Origin: the human T2T-CHM13v2.0 reference genome, Homo sapiens | DNA: 64,000 bases | Assembly (NCBI RefSeq): GCF_009914755.1 | Contig: NC_060936.1 | Strand: one strand, 5' to 3' | Shown here: positions 13,318 to 27,611 of the stretch, one piece after another | Layout: every line of letters starts with the position of its first letter | How positions within the stretch are numbered: position 1 is the first letter of the stretch | The notes under the pieces: generated by a model | The model's input: only the letters and a program-made list of their open reading frames with translations | Told to the model about the DNA's origin: nothing | Databases searched by the model: none | Program-made: the position numbers and the translations under genes

Positions 13318-14066
13318 AGTATTAATTTCCTAGGATTGCTATAACAAATTACCACAAACTGGGTACCTTAAAACAGCAGAAATATATTCTCTCACTGTTC
13401 TGGAGGCCAGAAGTGCAAAATCATGTTAGCAGGGTAGCTACTACTGGAACTCTGAGGGAGAAACTATTCCATGCTTTTTTTCCTATCTTCTGATGGTTGC
13501 CACGATGTATCACTCCAATCTCTGCCTCCAGCTCCATGTGGCATTCTCCGTTGTGTCTCTATCTTCTCTCTCTCTCTCTTTTTTTTTTTTTTTTTTTTTT
13601 TTGTCAGAGTCTCGTACTGTCTCAAACTCAGGTTGCTCAGACTGGAGTGCAGGGCGCTATCTCGGCTCATTGCAACCTCTACCTCCTGGGTTCGAGTGAT
13701 TCTTGTGCCTCAGCCTCCTGGTAGCTGAGATTACAGGCACTCACCACCACACCTGGCTAATTTCTGTATTTTTAGTAGAGACGAATTTTCGCCATGTTGG
13801 CCAGGCTGATCTTGAACTCCTGGGCCTCAAGCGATTCGCCCGGCTTGGCCTCCCAAAGTGTTGGGATTACAGGCGTGAGCCACCATGCCTGGCCTGTCTT
13901 CTCTTATAAGGAACACCAGTCATGTTGGATTAAGGGCCTGCTCTGTTCCAGTGTGACCTCGTCTTAGCTTACTTACAACCACAATCACAGTATTTCCAAA
14001 TAAAGTCTCGTTCTGAGGCTCTAGGAAGTACATTAATTTTTGGGGGACACTGTTCAACCCAGTACA
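13318..14066 (-). mobile_element. MaLR solo LTR (MLT1C-like), split by an Alu and lying inside the retrocopy 3'UTR
   Basis: gtattaatttcctaggattgctataacaaattaccacaaactggg...ttctggaggccagaag...ttggattaagggcc...tatttccaaataaagtc...tgggggacactgttcaacccagtaca. The 5-bp flanks are gtcag and ttcag. Confidence 0.9.
13579..13894 (-). mobile_element. AluS
   Basis: Poly-T followed by a reverse Alu dimer, with TSD-like tatcttctct / tgtcttctct. Confidence 0.96.
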
Positions 14067-14669
14067 TTCAGTTTCTATTTAACGTAAAAAATAATTCCCA
14101 TACTATAAAGGACGAAAAAAGGACTTGTGAAATAGGTGAATGATTGTTGAATATACAAATGTGATCTTTTATTTTCCAACCACATACAGGGATAATAATT
14201 TTTTGGGAATATGTCTCATTCACAAATATGAGTTACATGCAAAGAGAAATTCATACATCGTTCAAGTAGGATTCAGGGAATTAACCTAGGTGCATTCTCT
14301 TGTTTCTATTTCAAGCATATTGTTCTCCAGATTTTTTTTCTAATCCTCATTTCCCTGTAGGATTGTTCAGATTTAAATAAAGCCTGTAAAGCAGAAGTAG
14401 TAAACAAGCCTGGGTACTAAAGTTAAATATTACAGAGGTAGATAAAATAAGTCTGAGGTAAATTCATGTATTTAATTCTTATCTATTTTGCCCATACAGT
14501 TATGCTGATATTTCATTCACTTGGATTCACCAACTTAAAATTTGTAACCATAATGGAGAATCTTTTTTCTGTATTTGAAAAAAGTTTACTAACCACATTA
14601 ATAGCATATAAATATGATTTCAAGGTTAACTATTTAAGAGAGTATTTATTTATATGTATCATTCATCAA

Positions 14670-14995
14670 CATGCCTCCTTCCATACCCCATGTGCCATTT
14701 GACTAATTATCTCCAACTCATCCTTCGGGTCACAATTCAAGTATGATGTTCTCATACCTGGTTTCTGACAACAGATAAAATCCTTACTAGATGCTCTTAC
14801 AGTACCATGCATGACCTATTTGTAGTATTTACCACTGTGTCCATTTTGTATTGATTTTTGTGATTATAACTAACATAATTTTCCTCTACTAACCTCTACA
14901 GGACATGTATTGTGGGCCATGTATATTGTACTTACCTTTGCTTTTCTAATGACAAGTTCAGTGTTCACTGAATAACTGAATAAATTAGAAGTACA
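14670..14995 (+). repeat. L2 3' fragment (inside the retrocopy 3'UTR)
   Basis: ctccaactcatccttcgggtcacaattcaagtatg...ttgtagtatttaccactgtg...ttcactgaataactgaataaat; degenerate. Confidence 0.5.
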
Positions 14996-15536
14996 TATTA
15001 CACATAAAAAGTTAACATGTGAATTATGAATCAATCTCATCAATTTGTTAAAGAATCTTCTACCAAGCACTCTTTTCCTGAATAAACTTTTACCCTTATT
15101 ACAGTTACCATATCTTTGTAACAACATTAAGGGAGTGTTGATTTTACTATATTAAATAGATAGCTTTCTATTTCAAATAGATTTGGCTGAATTATTTTGA
15201 TTAGCTCAATTAAAAATACAAGATTCTAATAAGAGACTTTATTACTTACTAAAGGCATTGTGATCTATTATTAGATACAATTGACATGAAATATGAGTTT
15301 TGTGAAACAATTCTCTGTAAGGATTTTACATTTTTACTTTGAGATACATGAACAAAATGGCCATATCATACTGAAAAATCCGTTAAAAGTAATAGACAAT
15401 AATTTGAAAAATGAAATTTTATCAGTATAACACATATTTAAACAAATATTTTAAAATATAAAATTTGTAAAAAGCCTACATTTGAGAAAGCTGTAGTAAT
15501 TATTCACAAGTAGGGACATTAAAATTCATTCCATAA

Positions 15537-15874
<338 letters not shown>

Positions 15875-16263
15875 GCAAATTAGAACATCTAAATTCAAAA
15901 TGTAGGACATGCAGATATGATTATAATATCTTTCTCTTTGACAGCTTGAGTTTACGTATTTAGATAAACACAACATAGTATTATTAAAAAAAAATTCCTG
16001 GCCAGAGGAAGGATTGCATTTCAAGAGTCCAATGTGATGCAAAATTAATACATTTTTCCGGTCTTGAGATGCTACTCCCTGAGTGGAACTTTCTCTGTCA
16101 TGCTAATATTTTCCACAGTTTCTTTTTGAGGAAAAAAAATGCTAAATGTTATCAATTTTTAGACTGTCCCATACTTAAACCTATATCAAGACATTCAGGA
16201 ACATACCATGAGTAAAGACTAGAGAAACTGCAGAAAAAATTTGAAGAATAAGATGATGGTAAC

Positions 16264-17468
<1,205 letters not shown>

Positions 17469-17977
17469 TCTGTAGGTCAGCAAATCTGAGGCACGAAGAC
17501 TTCTCAGCTGGCCTCTAACTTGGGCCGGCGACTACCACTACAGTGCCAGAGAACCTGAATTTGCTGCACGCCCAGGTCTTACCCCTGAGGGAAACTCTGT
17601 CTGCTCTTTCTTAACTGTTTTTGCCACTTACACTCTTTTTGCATTCAGAACCACTCTCTGCCAACCCACATAATCATGGCATTTGTAGATAGATGCCTTC
17701 TGTCCTAGGAACATAGAGCAGTAGATTAGGAAAAACATTTCCTTGGGGCTTAATTTGTTTGAGTCACAGAAGAGATGTTTAGGCTCACAGGTTGTGCTGT
17801 GATGGTGCTGCGTGCCAGACCCTGAGATACAGAGGTGCTCATGCGTTCTTTAATACATACACATTTTTGTTTGTGCCCCTGGCATGTGTGGACATATTTT
17901 TGTGTTTGTGATCTGTGAAGCTGTTTGAAGAGTGGGAGACAGAGTAAGGGCCTGCATCTCTTCCTTATGTCTGAGGG

Positions 17978-18422
17978 TGTGCAGGGGGTTGAATAGTGTC
18001 CCCCAAAATTTATGTTCACTCAGAACCTCAGAATGTGACTTTATTTGGAAGTGAGGTATTTACAGATGTAATTAGTTAAGGATTTCCAGATGAAATAATC
18101 CTGGATTTACGGTGGGCCTTAAATCCAGTGGCTCACGGTGTCCTTAGGGGAGAGAGCACAGACACATATGCACAGGGACGAAGGCCACAGGAAGAAGGAG
18201 ACAAAGGCTGGAGGTAGACTGCCAAAGGCAAGGAAAGACTGGACCATTAGAAGCTGGGAGAGGCAAGGAATCATCTCCCCTAAGCCTTCAGAGGGGAGCA
18301 AGGCCCTGCTGGCAACTTGATTTTGGACTTTTAGGCTCCAGAGCTGTGAGAGAATAAATGTCTGTTGTTTCAAGGCTCCTTTTCGTGGTACTCTGCTGCA
18401 GCATCCCTAAGAAACTAATCCA
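17978..18422 (+). mobile_element. MaLR solo LTR (MLT1C-like)
   Basis: tgtgcagggggttgaatagtgtcccccaaaatttatgttc...agaacctcagaatgtgactttatttggaa...gagctgtgagagaataaat...agaaactaatcca. The 5-bp flanks are gaggg and gcggg. Confidence 0.92.
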
Positions 18423-19528
18423 GCGGGGTCCTGGTCACAGTGGATTTCCTCTGACATTGACTCTTGTCTTTAGTAACCAGGGAGAATAATCCAAGAAATA
18501 TTTTTCTCTCCATGTACCCTAACAATTCTTGTATCAACATGATGGAACCCCATTATAAGTGCATTTGATTTAATCAAATTCAATTTCTCAAAAAAAAGGA
18601 AAAAAAAAAGAAGAGAAAACTGATAATTTCAAGTGTTAACAAATAATGTATTTACCATTTCAGTGAGCATGTATCCCATTCAGAATGAACTCTGGGTTTG
18701 AAACACAAATCTGTGCTCCTTTATCAGTCATGTTTCCTCATCCTCTCACACTGTAAGCATCTCTCTTTCTTTCTCTGACTCTCTCTCTCTTTTATCACCT
18801 TTATATCTAATAAAACCTTCTTCCCAAGTTCAAACACATTAATATACCTGTGCTTAACCAAAGAGAAAGTAATCTGTTCCAATCCTAGAGGAAATGACTC
18901 AGCTGCACTGAAATTAGTCACTGCTATGTAACCTAGGAACAAGATGTCATTACTATGTATGCAGTCTGGGAGCTGAATATCAAGCTCTAGACCTACCTGT
19001 GAACATTCAAACACTCATTTCCAAACTGAGTAAAATGGTATCTGCCTCTGATGTTGCTCAATTCGTTAACCATTATTGCCATATTCTCACTGTATTGTGA
19101 TAATAAATAAAATATATAGTTGTGATTCTCAAAAGTTTCTTGAAACTATTCTTAGGCCATAATGTTTACAGGGAAAAATTATGAGAAGAAATACACTCAT
19201 AAATGTTTGAAAAATCTTGCACCATATAAAACTTTATAAATTTGTCTTGTAATACTTAGGCTATGTTTTAAGTTCCTTATTTTTTCCAGGGTGGGAGAAG
19301 GAATGTTCTCTGGAGAAATCTGTATGATAGAATAGTGAAGGTAACTGGCCTGAACTACAGCTCTTGAGCCATCTGGTTTCACCTTCAGGGAGGTAAGTGC
19401 ACTGAGAAGTACTAGCTAAGTGTGGGCACGGACATTGGAACCTCAAGATGCAAAAGAAGAGATATTTTCTTCACATTTGTAGGCAGACTCAACAGTATCT
19501 TTAACAGGTTCTTTGAAAAAATATTTCA

Positions 19529-19857
<329 letters not shown>

Positions 19858-19914
19858 GTGTGTGTTATCTTGTTAATCTCTGAGATATAAGTAATATTGA
19901 AATTTAATATCCCA

Positions 19915-20140
19915 AGATTTGAAATTCAAGCATCCTAAGCTTAAATATTCATAGCTCACTGGATGCTTGATATTGGGGAATCTATTTAACATGGTAGGGT
20001 TATCAGTTTCATTGTTTATAAAATGGGCAAAATAGCAGTTGCTTATAGAATTCTTACAAGGATTAAGATAGCTCCTACAAAGTTTCTGGTGCAGTGCCTG
20101 ATGTATAATAGGCATTGATCAAATGAAACCTACTATTCTT
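19915..20140 (+). repeat. MIR SINE
   Basis: tcagtttcattgtttataaaatgggcaaaatag...aggattaa...cagtgcctgatgtataataggcattga. Confidence 0.75.
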
Positions 20141-22759
20141 TATCCTACTGCACAGAAATTTGTATGTTATTTTAATTAAAAATTTGAAAAACAATTTGTA
20201 AAATGAGCACTGTTCATCAATAACAGATATATTTTGAAATGATTTGCCGCCAGAAATGATTTTGATTGGGGCTGGTGATTGCTGCTACTGTTTTCAAACA
20301 ATTTTGTTATATTTACAAAATTTGGGGGCCACAGGAAAATCTCCGCCAGGATTATTCACACCCTGTCACTTCCTTTCTTCTCTTTTGAATGCCTAACATG
20401 TAAGTGTATGGAAAGCGTTGCCCAAGAGGAGAGGCCCCAGAAGCTGCTATGCTTCTCCAGACTCTTCCTTTAAAGCTGTAGATGTAAATTCATCCACAAT
20501 GGAAAGTTTAATGTGTGCCATCTTAGAGTGGCAAAGTGCAGTGTATTTGCAGTAAGACTGCTTAGTATTGTAGGCTCTAATCTATTCATTGTTTATTTCT
20601 TGTTGATAATCATGACCACTTGCTGATTGCCCCTCTTACGTTGGCCAGGACAGGGTAATTTTACAGGCTGTATTCAGGGTGCAGACAGTTTCGTGGATGC
20701 TCTTCCTCCTGCAAGAAAAATCACTAGAGACAATCACAGTGTTTAGAAGGCTTACAACAAATTATTTTCCACTTGGTAGTCCTAATATTTCGGTTTCAGA
20801 AAACCAATTAATACAGTTTACTGGTAAAGAAAGGGAATTAGGTTGGATTAGGATACAAATTCACTGCAATTTTATCTCTTCTGCTGGTGGTAAGAAAGAC
20901 AAAAAAAGACAAAACAAACTTAACCTGTGAGTACTGATGTACCCACAACCTGCTCACATATTGTGTAGAGATTCTGCCTGTCTGAGGCCTTAATTCTAAT
21001 AAAAATCTGATGAATATTATGAGATGTTTAATATTATGTTGTCTTAACTTAGAACCCAAGTTAAAATCTGTTAATATTTTTAGGATTTATTTTTCTCTTT
21101 TTACTAAAGCGAGCCCTATTGGTCTTAGAATGTTTCTGAGCAGTACATCTTTTAAATGACTTTAAATGACCCCTTACCTCAATATCTTGTTTCTACAGAT
21201 AAGAATATATTTCACAAAAAGTAGGAATTACAAAGAATATTTTAAAACCCAATCATTTTATCTTTATCGTTTTTAAAATCAAGTGACTCAAAAATATGCA
21301 TAATTTTTCACCACACAATTTGAAGGTTGTGACACTGACTGGCCCCATTTTGTACATGGTGGACCTGAAATTCCAGCGGTTCATTCCCGTCTTCTGCTGT
21401 GTCTGAAAACACACATGCCAATATAATCACAGAGGGAGAACCATGAGCGGAGAACAGGGCAAAGAGGACACAGCCTTATTACATGTCAGATTACTGCTAT
21501 CTCCGATAGCCTAGGTGCTCCTTCCTTCTTACAAAATAAACATCTTTGTTCCTTCAATAATATGACTTGGCATCTATACAGCATATAAAATATTGTTATA
21601 AAATATTGGAAATTTTCGATTCAGACCCCTTAAATGATTTACTCATTTAGTGCACCCAGAACAAAGAAACATACACTGTACGGCAACAGGTGCTTAAAAG
21701 AGCCTTGAGGGAAATACATTCATCAGAATGTCATTATATGCTATATGCACATTACTTATTTATTTTCTCATACTGTCCTGAGGAAAAGTAAGCACCTGCA
21801 ACCCATAGGTAAGGCTTTTATTTACAGGGTCCTTTTACACTCTGGGTAGTTTTTGCCAAAGCATCAAAGCATTGTAGCTGTTACCTTCTTTATATACTTT
21901 ATGTATATAAGCAGACTCTTTAGCTAATATAAAAATAAAGAAATAGAGCTACAGAAACCCATTTTATTTATTGCCTCTCCCACATCTAAACATCCATTTT
22001 AAAATAATATCACTATGTCCTGGAGTATCTCTGTCCTGCTTTGTGTTTTGCTAGTACCAGGTTGGACCTCCACTTACTACATACTTTCTCAGTGCATCAT
22101 AACTACAGAAGGACCCATGCTATATAACTTTACACAGGTTTTCCTTGTGATAAAAACACGATGGGTTAACAACCCTTAAAATTTCTTATTTTCTTTACCA
22201 AATATAATGGTTTTGTAATTTTACACCAGGATCTGCGGCATAAGGAAGGTAAGAGCATTCTGAGTGTGTTATAAAATAATTATCTCTGGTAAATAAAGAT
22301 CCATATAATTCTTTCCTTACTTATATTAAGATTTCTCCCCCTGCACTTGAATCCTTAGAAAAAGATGCTTTAGTATAAACATGGTCTTTGGCTTTACTTC
22401 TAAGAGCTGACATGAACCATAAAGATTTTTTTTCAAGAAGCAAATGCAATAAAGGGAACAATGGAGCCAAATATTGCTTAGTGCTAGGGATATGGGCCAC
22501 AGCTGTGAACTGGATGAGTAGATTTCCCTGTGCATTTCCACTTTATTCTTCTAAGTATGTACATCTACTTATTCTATTTTATTACTAGTTAGGAAATGCC
22601 AGTAAGCATGTGTTTGGCGGAGGTGAGTACATGTCCTTCCCAGTGTAGTTTGGCTCTAAATGATATTCTTATTAGATCCCTGGTGCACTGGGCCAATGGA
22701 ATAGGCAGCTGAAAAGATACAGAGGAAGGAGTCAGTAGTCTTAAGAAGCAGTCAGGAAT

Positions 22760-23850
22760 TGTATCAATCAGGATTTTTTTTTTCAGTTGCTGATGTCAAA
22801 GCCCAATTCCAGTTAGCATGAGCAAACAAAGGTGGTTTATTGGTACTTGTAACGCAATTGCAGGTCGTATAGGCGCAGAGCTGTCCTTAGGGATGATGGA
22901 GGCCTTGGAGGTCATCACCTTCGAGACTCTCTGCCTTTATGTGTGGGTTGGCTTTATTTTTTCACTGATGCAGATGGGTTTTCTCTGTGTGTGGTAGAAC
23001 TCCAGACTCACATTCCTCCAGTTTCATTGTTTGAAAAGAAAGTAGTTCTTTCTCTTCCAGTTCTAGTTAGCAAATCCTCTGGTGCTTTAAGCCAATTACT
23101 CACACCTCCTAACTTCTGGGTTCTATCTGAAAGAGAATAACTGGTAACAACTGTTAGAACAACTGGGATCAGTGCATAAAGTCAACCACTGCAAAACAAT
23201 GGACTGACTGTAGAATAGGTTTACTCCTTCCTCAAATTTAGTCTCAGAACTACCTATGCTTCTACATAATTAACTGTCTGCCTATCTACCCAGCTTCACA
23301 GAGGATTGAAGGCCTGCTTCATGCGCTTCTTCGCTAACAGAAATGAGAGAAAGAGAGAGACATTTTGGTCAGGCTTATCTCTCGAAATTAGATCTTATGT
23401 ACCCTAACTTTGCATGGCAGCAAAGAAGAAAAAGAGACCATTGTGTTTCTTAGATATCTGGAAGACAGAAAACAGGATCCGGGGCAAGAGTCTATTACTT
23501 CTTTTTAAGAGTGGTAATCTGACTCCATGGCCCAATGAGCATGAAGCTCTGACCAGGTAGAGTGGTTATTTCTCCTGTAGTATGGAGGCATGGTAGCTGT
23601 GCTCCCTCCAACACTGCCTTCCCAGGCAGAGCAGTTGTTCTTCCTCCTTTAGACAGCTGAGGAGGAAGAGAAACATTTCTCCTTCCCCTTCAGCAAAAAA
23701 GAAAGAAAGAAAAAAAAGCCCTGCTTCATGCTGGTCAGGTCACATGTTTATCCCTCAACCACTTACTAAGACCAGGGGACTCAGACACTGTGATTGACCC
23801 CAACTGAGACCATGTCCACACTAGTGGATGGATGGGTGCTGTAGGAATTT
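22760..23850 (-). mobile_element. Old MaLR LTR (MLT1J/K/L-like) in two pieces (~22760-23080 and ~23700-23850)
   Basis: tgtatcaatcaggattt...cagttgc...ccaattccagttagc...ggtttattgg, and later ggtcacatgtttatccctcaaccac...tgtgattgacc. Confidence 0.6.
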
Positions 23851-24071
23851 TACCAGAGATAGAGTGGAGGGATATTATAGTTCAGACACGACCATCAACA
23901 ATTGTTCTAAGCCAAACAGCCTCTGTGATAAAGATAAGAGGGCAGGGTAGACTGTTGATTTGGAAATTTTGACAGAGAAGTCAGTACATGGTAGATGGAT
24001 ATCAGATACTCAGTGAGTGACAGACCATATACAACATTGTCAAAGAAAACTCTCAAGAACTAGTTCCATAA

Positions 24072-24379
<308 letters not shown>

Positions 24380-24877
24380 GTTCCATAACTTCTAATCTCG
24401 TCAAATGCTTTAAGAATACAGAAGTCTAGAGAAAGTCAAGAAAAGAGAATTTCCAGGAAATCCCCAAGGAAATGTTACTGGGGAGAACTGTTGCCCTGAG
24501 AATCTGTACCTCCCACTCAAGGTGGGATAGATAAGAACTTTAGTATGTGACACCTGAAGTTGTGGGGGTATTTATTTCTGCTGCTGGCTGCCTGGTGAGC
24601 TCTCCTACCATCAGGACAGATTAAGAGAGGAAGTTGCTTCTATTTGGTGAATTAGTGGTAGTCCTCTAAGAGGGCTGGCCAAAAGTACGTGAAATCCAGG
24701 CCATAGGTATAGAGTCCATGATAGGAATTTTGGCCTAGAGTTGTTTCTGCCAGAGGATGAAATAACAGAGAAGTGAGAGTTTATGGAGGATGGGCATTGG
24801 GAAATCAGAATTGTAGAGAGGATCAAGATGTCTAACTGAAGAAAACATCCTGTACCATGGGAGCTGAAGCCAGACTG

Positions 24878-25235
24878 GTGGTAGTCTGCAATGCTATTTT
24901 CCTATATTCAGTGCCCTGCCTTTCAGGAGAATTATAAATATCTGCCCTAGTAAACTCAGCGTGGCTAATGAAAGGTGAGCAGAGGTGGTGTTCAGCTTTC
25001 ATGTGAGAGCCAGCACGTGCACGTTATTCTCTTTTCTCTGCCACTGTGATCTTAGAATCATGTCTTGTGTGGTGGAATCCTGATTAGCCTAAGTCTCCGA
25101 ATGACTACAGTAAGCACAGCCTGCTTGCCACCCTGGAGGCACATGTTGAGTCAACAGAAAATAAACTGTTGTTTTGAGCCATTGATTCTAAGGGGTTATT
25201 TTTACCACAGCATACTTACCCTATCCCAATCAACA
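24878..25235 (+). mobile_element. Old MaLR LTR (MLT1I/J-like)
   Basis: tggtagtc...gtggctaatgaaaggtgagcagag...ctctgccactgtga...agaaaataaactgttgttttgagccattga...taccacagcata. Confidence 0.75.
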
Positions 25236-27071
25236 CAAGGGACATTGCGTGAGAACCTCCAAAGGCTAGAAGCACTCCTCAGGCCTAACTTTACACATCT
25301 GCCAGTCCCAGACAGTGGGGCCAGGTACTAGCCACGTAAGAATTCTCCTCTCTTGCTCCTTTATTACGCTAGCTCTGTCTCCATTCTAGAAAACCTTGGC
25401 TGGAAGGAGGGAGATGATGGACATCTACTGGTACTCATAATTCTGATTATTATCTGGAACTGGATAACCTAAAACTACTGCCTTGAGATTGTGTTGCCAA
25501 TGTAATGTGATCATAGGGATGTTTATTGCCTGAAAGTGACCAGAAAAGACAGGAGCCTGCCAGACCCAGTGGCGAGGCAAACGCTTTTCCCTATCTCTCC
25601 AACTATTAAAAAACAAAACAAAACTAAGCAAATTAAATCAAAATAGAACAACCCCAAACTTCCCTCCATGAAGTAGAATTATAAGAAAGTGGGAAACAAT
25701 TTTAAAAATTAGAATCTTAAGTTTATCTTTTGCATTGTACTTAACAAACCAGCTACATGAATAAAGACAGCAGATTTTAAACTAAAATTTTAAGTTAACT
25801 TCAGAACTAAAGTTTATTTTTAAATGCAAATGAATGGATGACACTTAAATCTTACATTTATACATAAGAACAAAATTAAATATGAAATTTTAAACATTAG
25901 GGCAGTGGTTTGTTTCTTTGTTTCTGTTACTGGGTGTGTTGTGTGATAGGAGGAGGCTGAAATACAAAGATTTGTGGCGGGAAGCACTGACCCGGCTTTA
26001 AGCACAATCCTCAGAGTCTACATCCTTCTTCAATCTTGTCTTCTACTAAAAGGCCTCAAATCTTCGGCAATTCCCCTGACTTTCTATATTCTACTTTCCT
26101 CATCTATTAGCTGAGGGTGACTAACTCTGACTCTTCAAGTTTATGTGAGGAGTATCTAATTAAAAGTCTTGAAAATGTGAAGTGCTCTCTATATATTAAA
26201 TGGCAGTAGCTTTACATTTTCTCTGTGGGAATTAGAGGATTACTGAAATGGATAATTTTATACTTTCATTTCTCTAAAATGGATATACTCATACTCTAAA
26301 TAGGGAATGTCATTTATTATTCCAGAAATTTAAAAAATATACCTTAAGTGCTGAAAATTTAGTTTATGCTCACATTGATGATTTTTCAGATAGTCAATTC
26401 AAAATAAAAACATGCTATGCATATTTTTAATAATAGTATACATTTCGAAGAGCTTGCATATTTATTACTTTAATTGAACCACAGAATTATAGGTTAGGAA
26501 GAAACTTTAGCCAACATCTAGTTTAGTGCCATTTTCCTCCTTTTTCCAAGTGTGTGATCAGAGGTCACAAGATGCTCAATAACTGTTTTAGCTCTTATAC
26601 AGCTAATTCATCTGATACTTTAGTAAATCATCTGAGATAGGCAGGACATTTTTCTATTTTCATTTTCTAAATAATTAATTTGGTTCAAAATATTTTGAAT
26701 GTTTTAGACAAAAGTGTCAATTTTGGATTAAGAAGCAGAGATGGGGAGGTGAATTGGCTTGTATGCAGGATTATGGGCAGACTTGGCAGAGGAAGCCCAG
26801 GTTTTTTGACTCTTAATTCTGGTGTTCTTTCCATTCCACTTAGGTGCAATTAATTCTGCCTGTCATATTAGGCTCTTAAATTGAGGTCTAAGCTGTGTAC
26901 CCTGCAGTTTAGGTTCATATCACATATCTTGGGGCTGGTAGAGTTTGACAGGAAAAATAAATGACTGGCTTTGTCTAGGTTGGCACAAGAAGAGTATGAT
27001 CCTTCAGCTGTTGGGAAACAACTTTCATTCTAATCAGAGAGAGATTTGAGAAGCAGTTGCTTGAGTATTGA

Positions 27072-27611
27072 ACATGAAGCTGAAGGACAATTGGGCGCCT
27101 CAAGGCAGGGCTTAAAGTTTCTGGCTCTGTTCTCTTTAAACCTGTGTTGGAGACCTTTAGAAAAAAAAAAGGAGCTACGAGAAACCAACTATAGCAGCAA
27201 CAATAAAGCTAGATCACAGTTTCTTGATGAAGATGAGAGGATGGTTGTGTGGAGCCTCAACCTGGTGTGTAAAATATGCTTCTTTCTGCTCTCTTAGGTG
27301 CAGAGAGTGCTGGAATGGAGGGTTAATTGACCATGGTGGAAAAGAGAGAAACATTTTGAGGTTTGTGGATTACCCAGATGTAACAGTGACTTGCACATAT
27401 TCCTCATGGTGTTGTATACAAATGGATCAGCAAGAATCAGATACTACACATCACAGATAAAATCCATAGCAACCAGGAAGCAAGATGGTCACATGGGAAA
27501 ATAGGGGATGGAATTTTATGGACATTATTCAGACCACCTGGCCTTCTTACTCCCATGTTGACACAAAGAAAGAGGACATGATGCTGAAGGACAATTGGGT
27601 GCCTCAAGGCA
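27072..27611. repeat. 36-bp direct repeat pair (34/36 identical) with a 504-bp period
   Basis: acatgaagctgaaggacaattgggcgcctcaaggca (27072-27107) versus acatgatgctgaaggacaattgggtgcctcaaggca (27576-27611). Confidence 0.95.

Noticed and set aside
15238-15243. AATAAA(-) as the 3' end of the retrocopy
   Set aside because: No A-tail or TSD follows it, while the site at 13036-13041 has both.
27072-27611. 36-bp repeat as a CRISPR array
   Set aside because: Only two copies, a 468-bp spacer, primate DNA and no cas genes.
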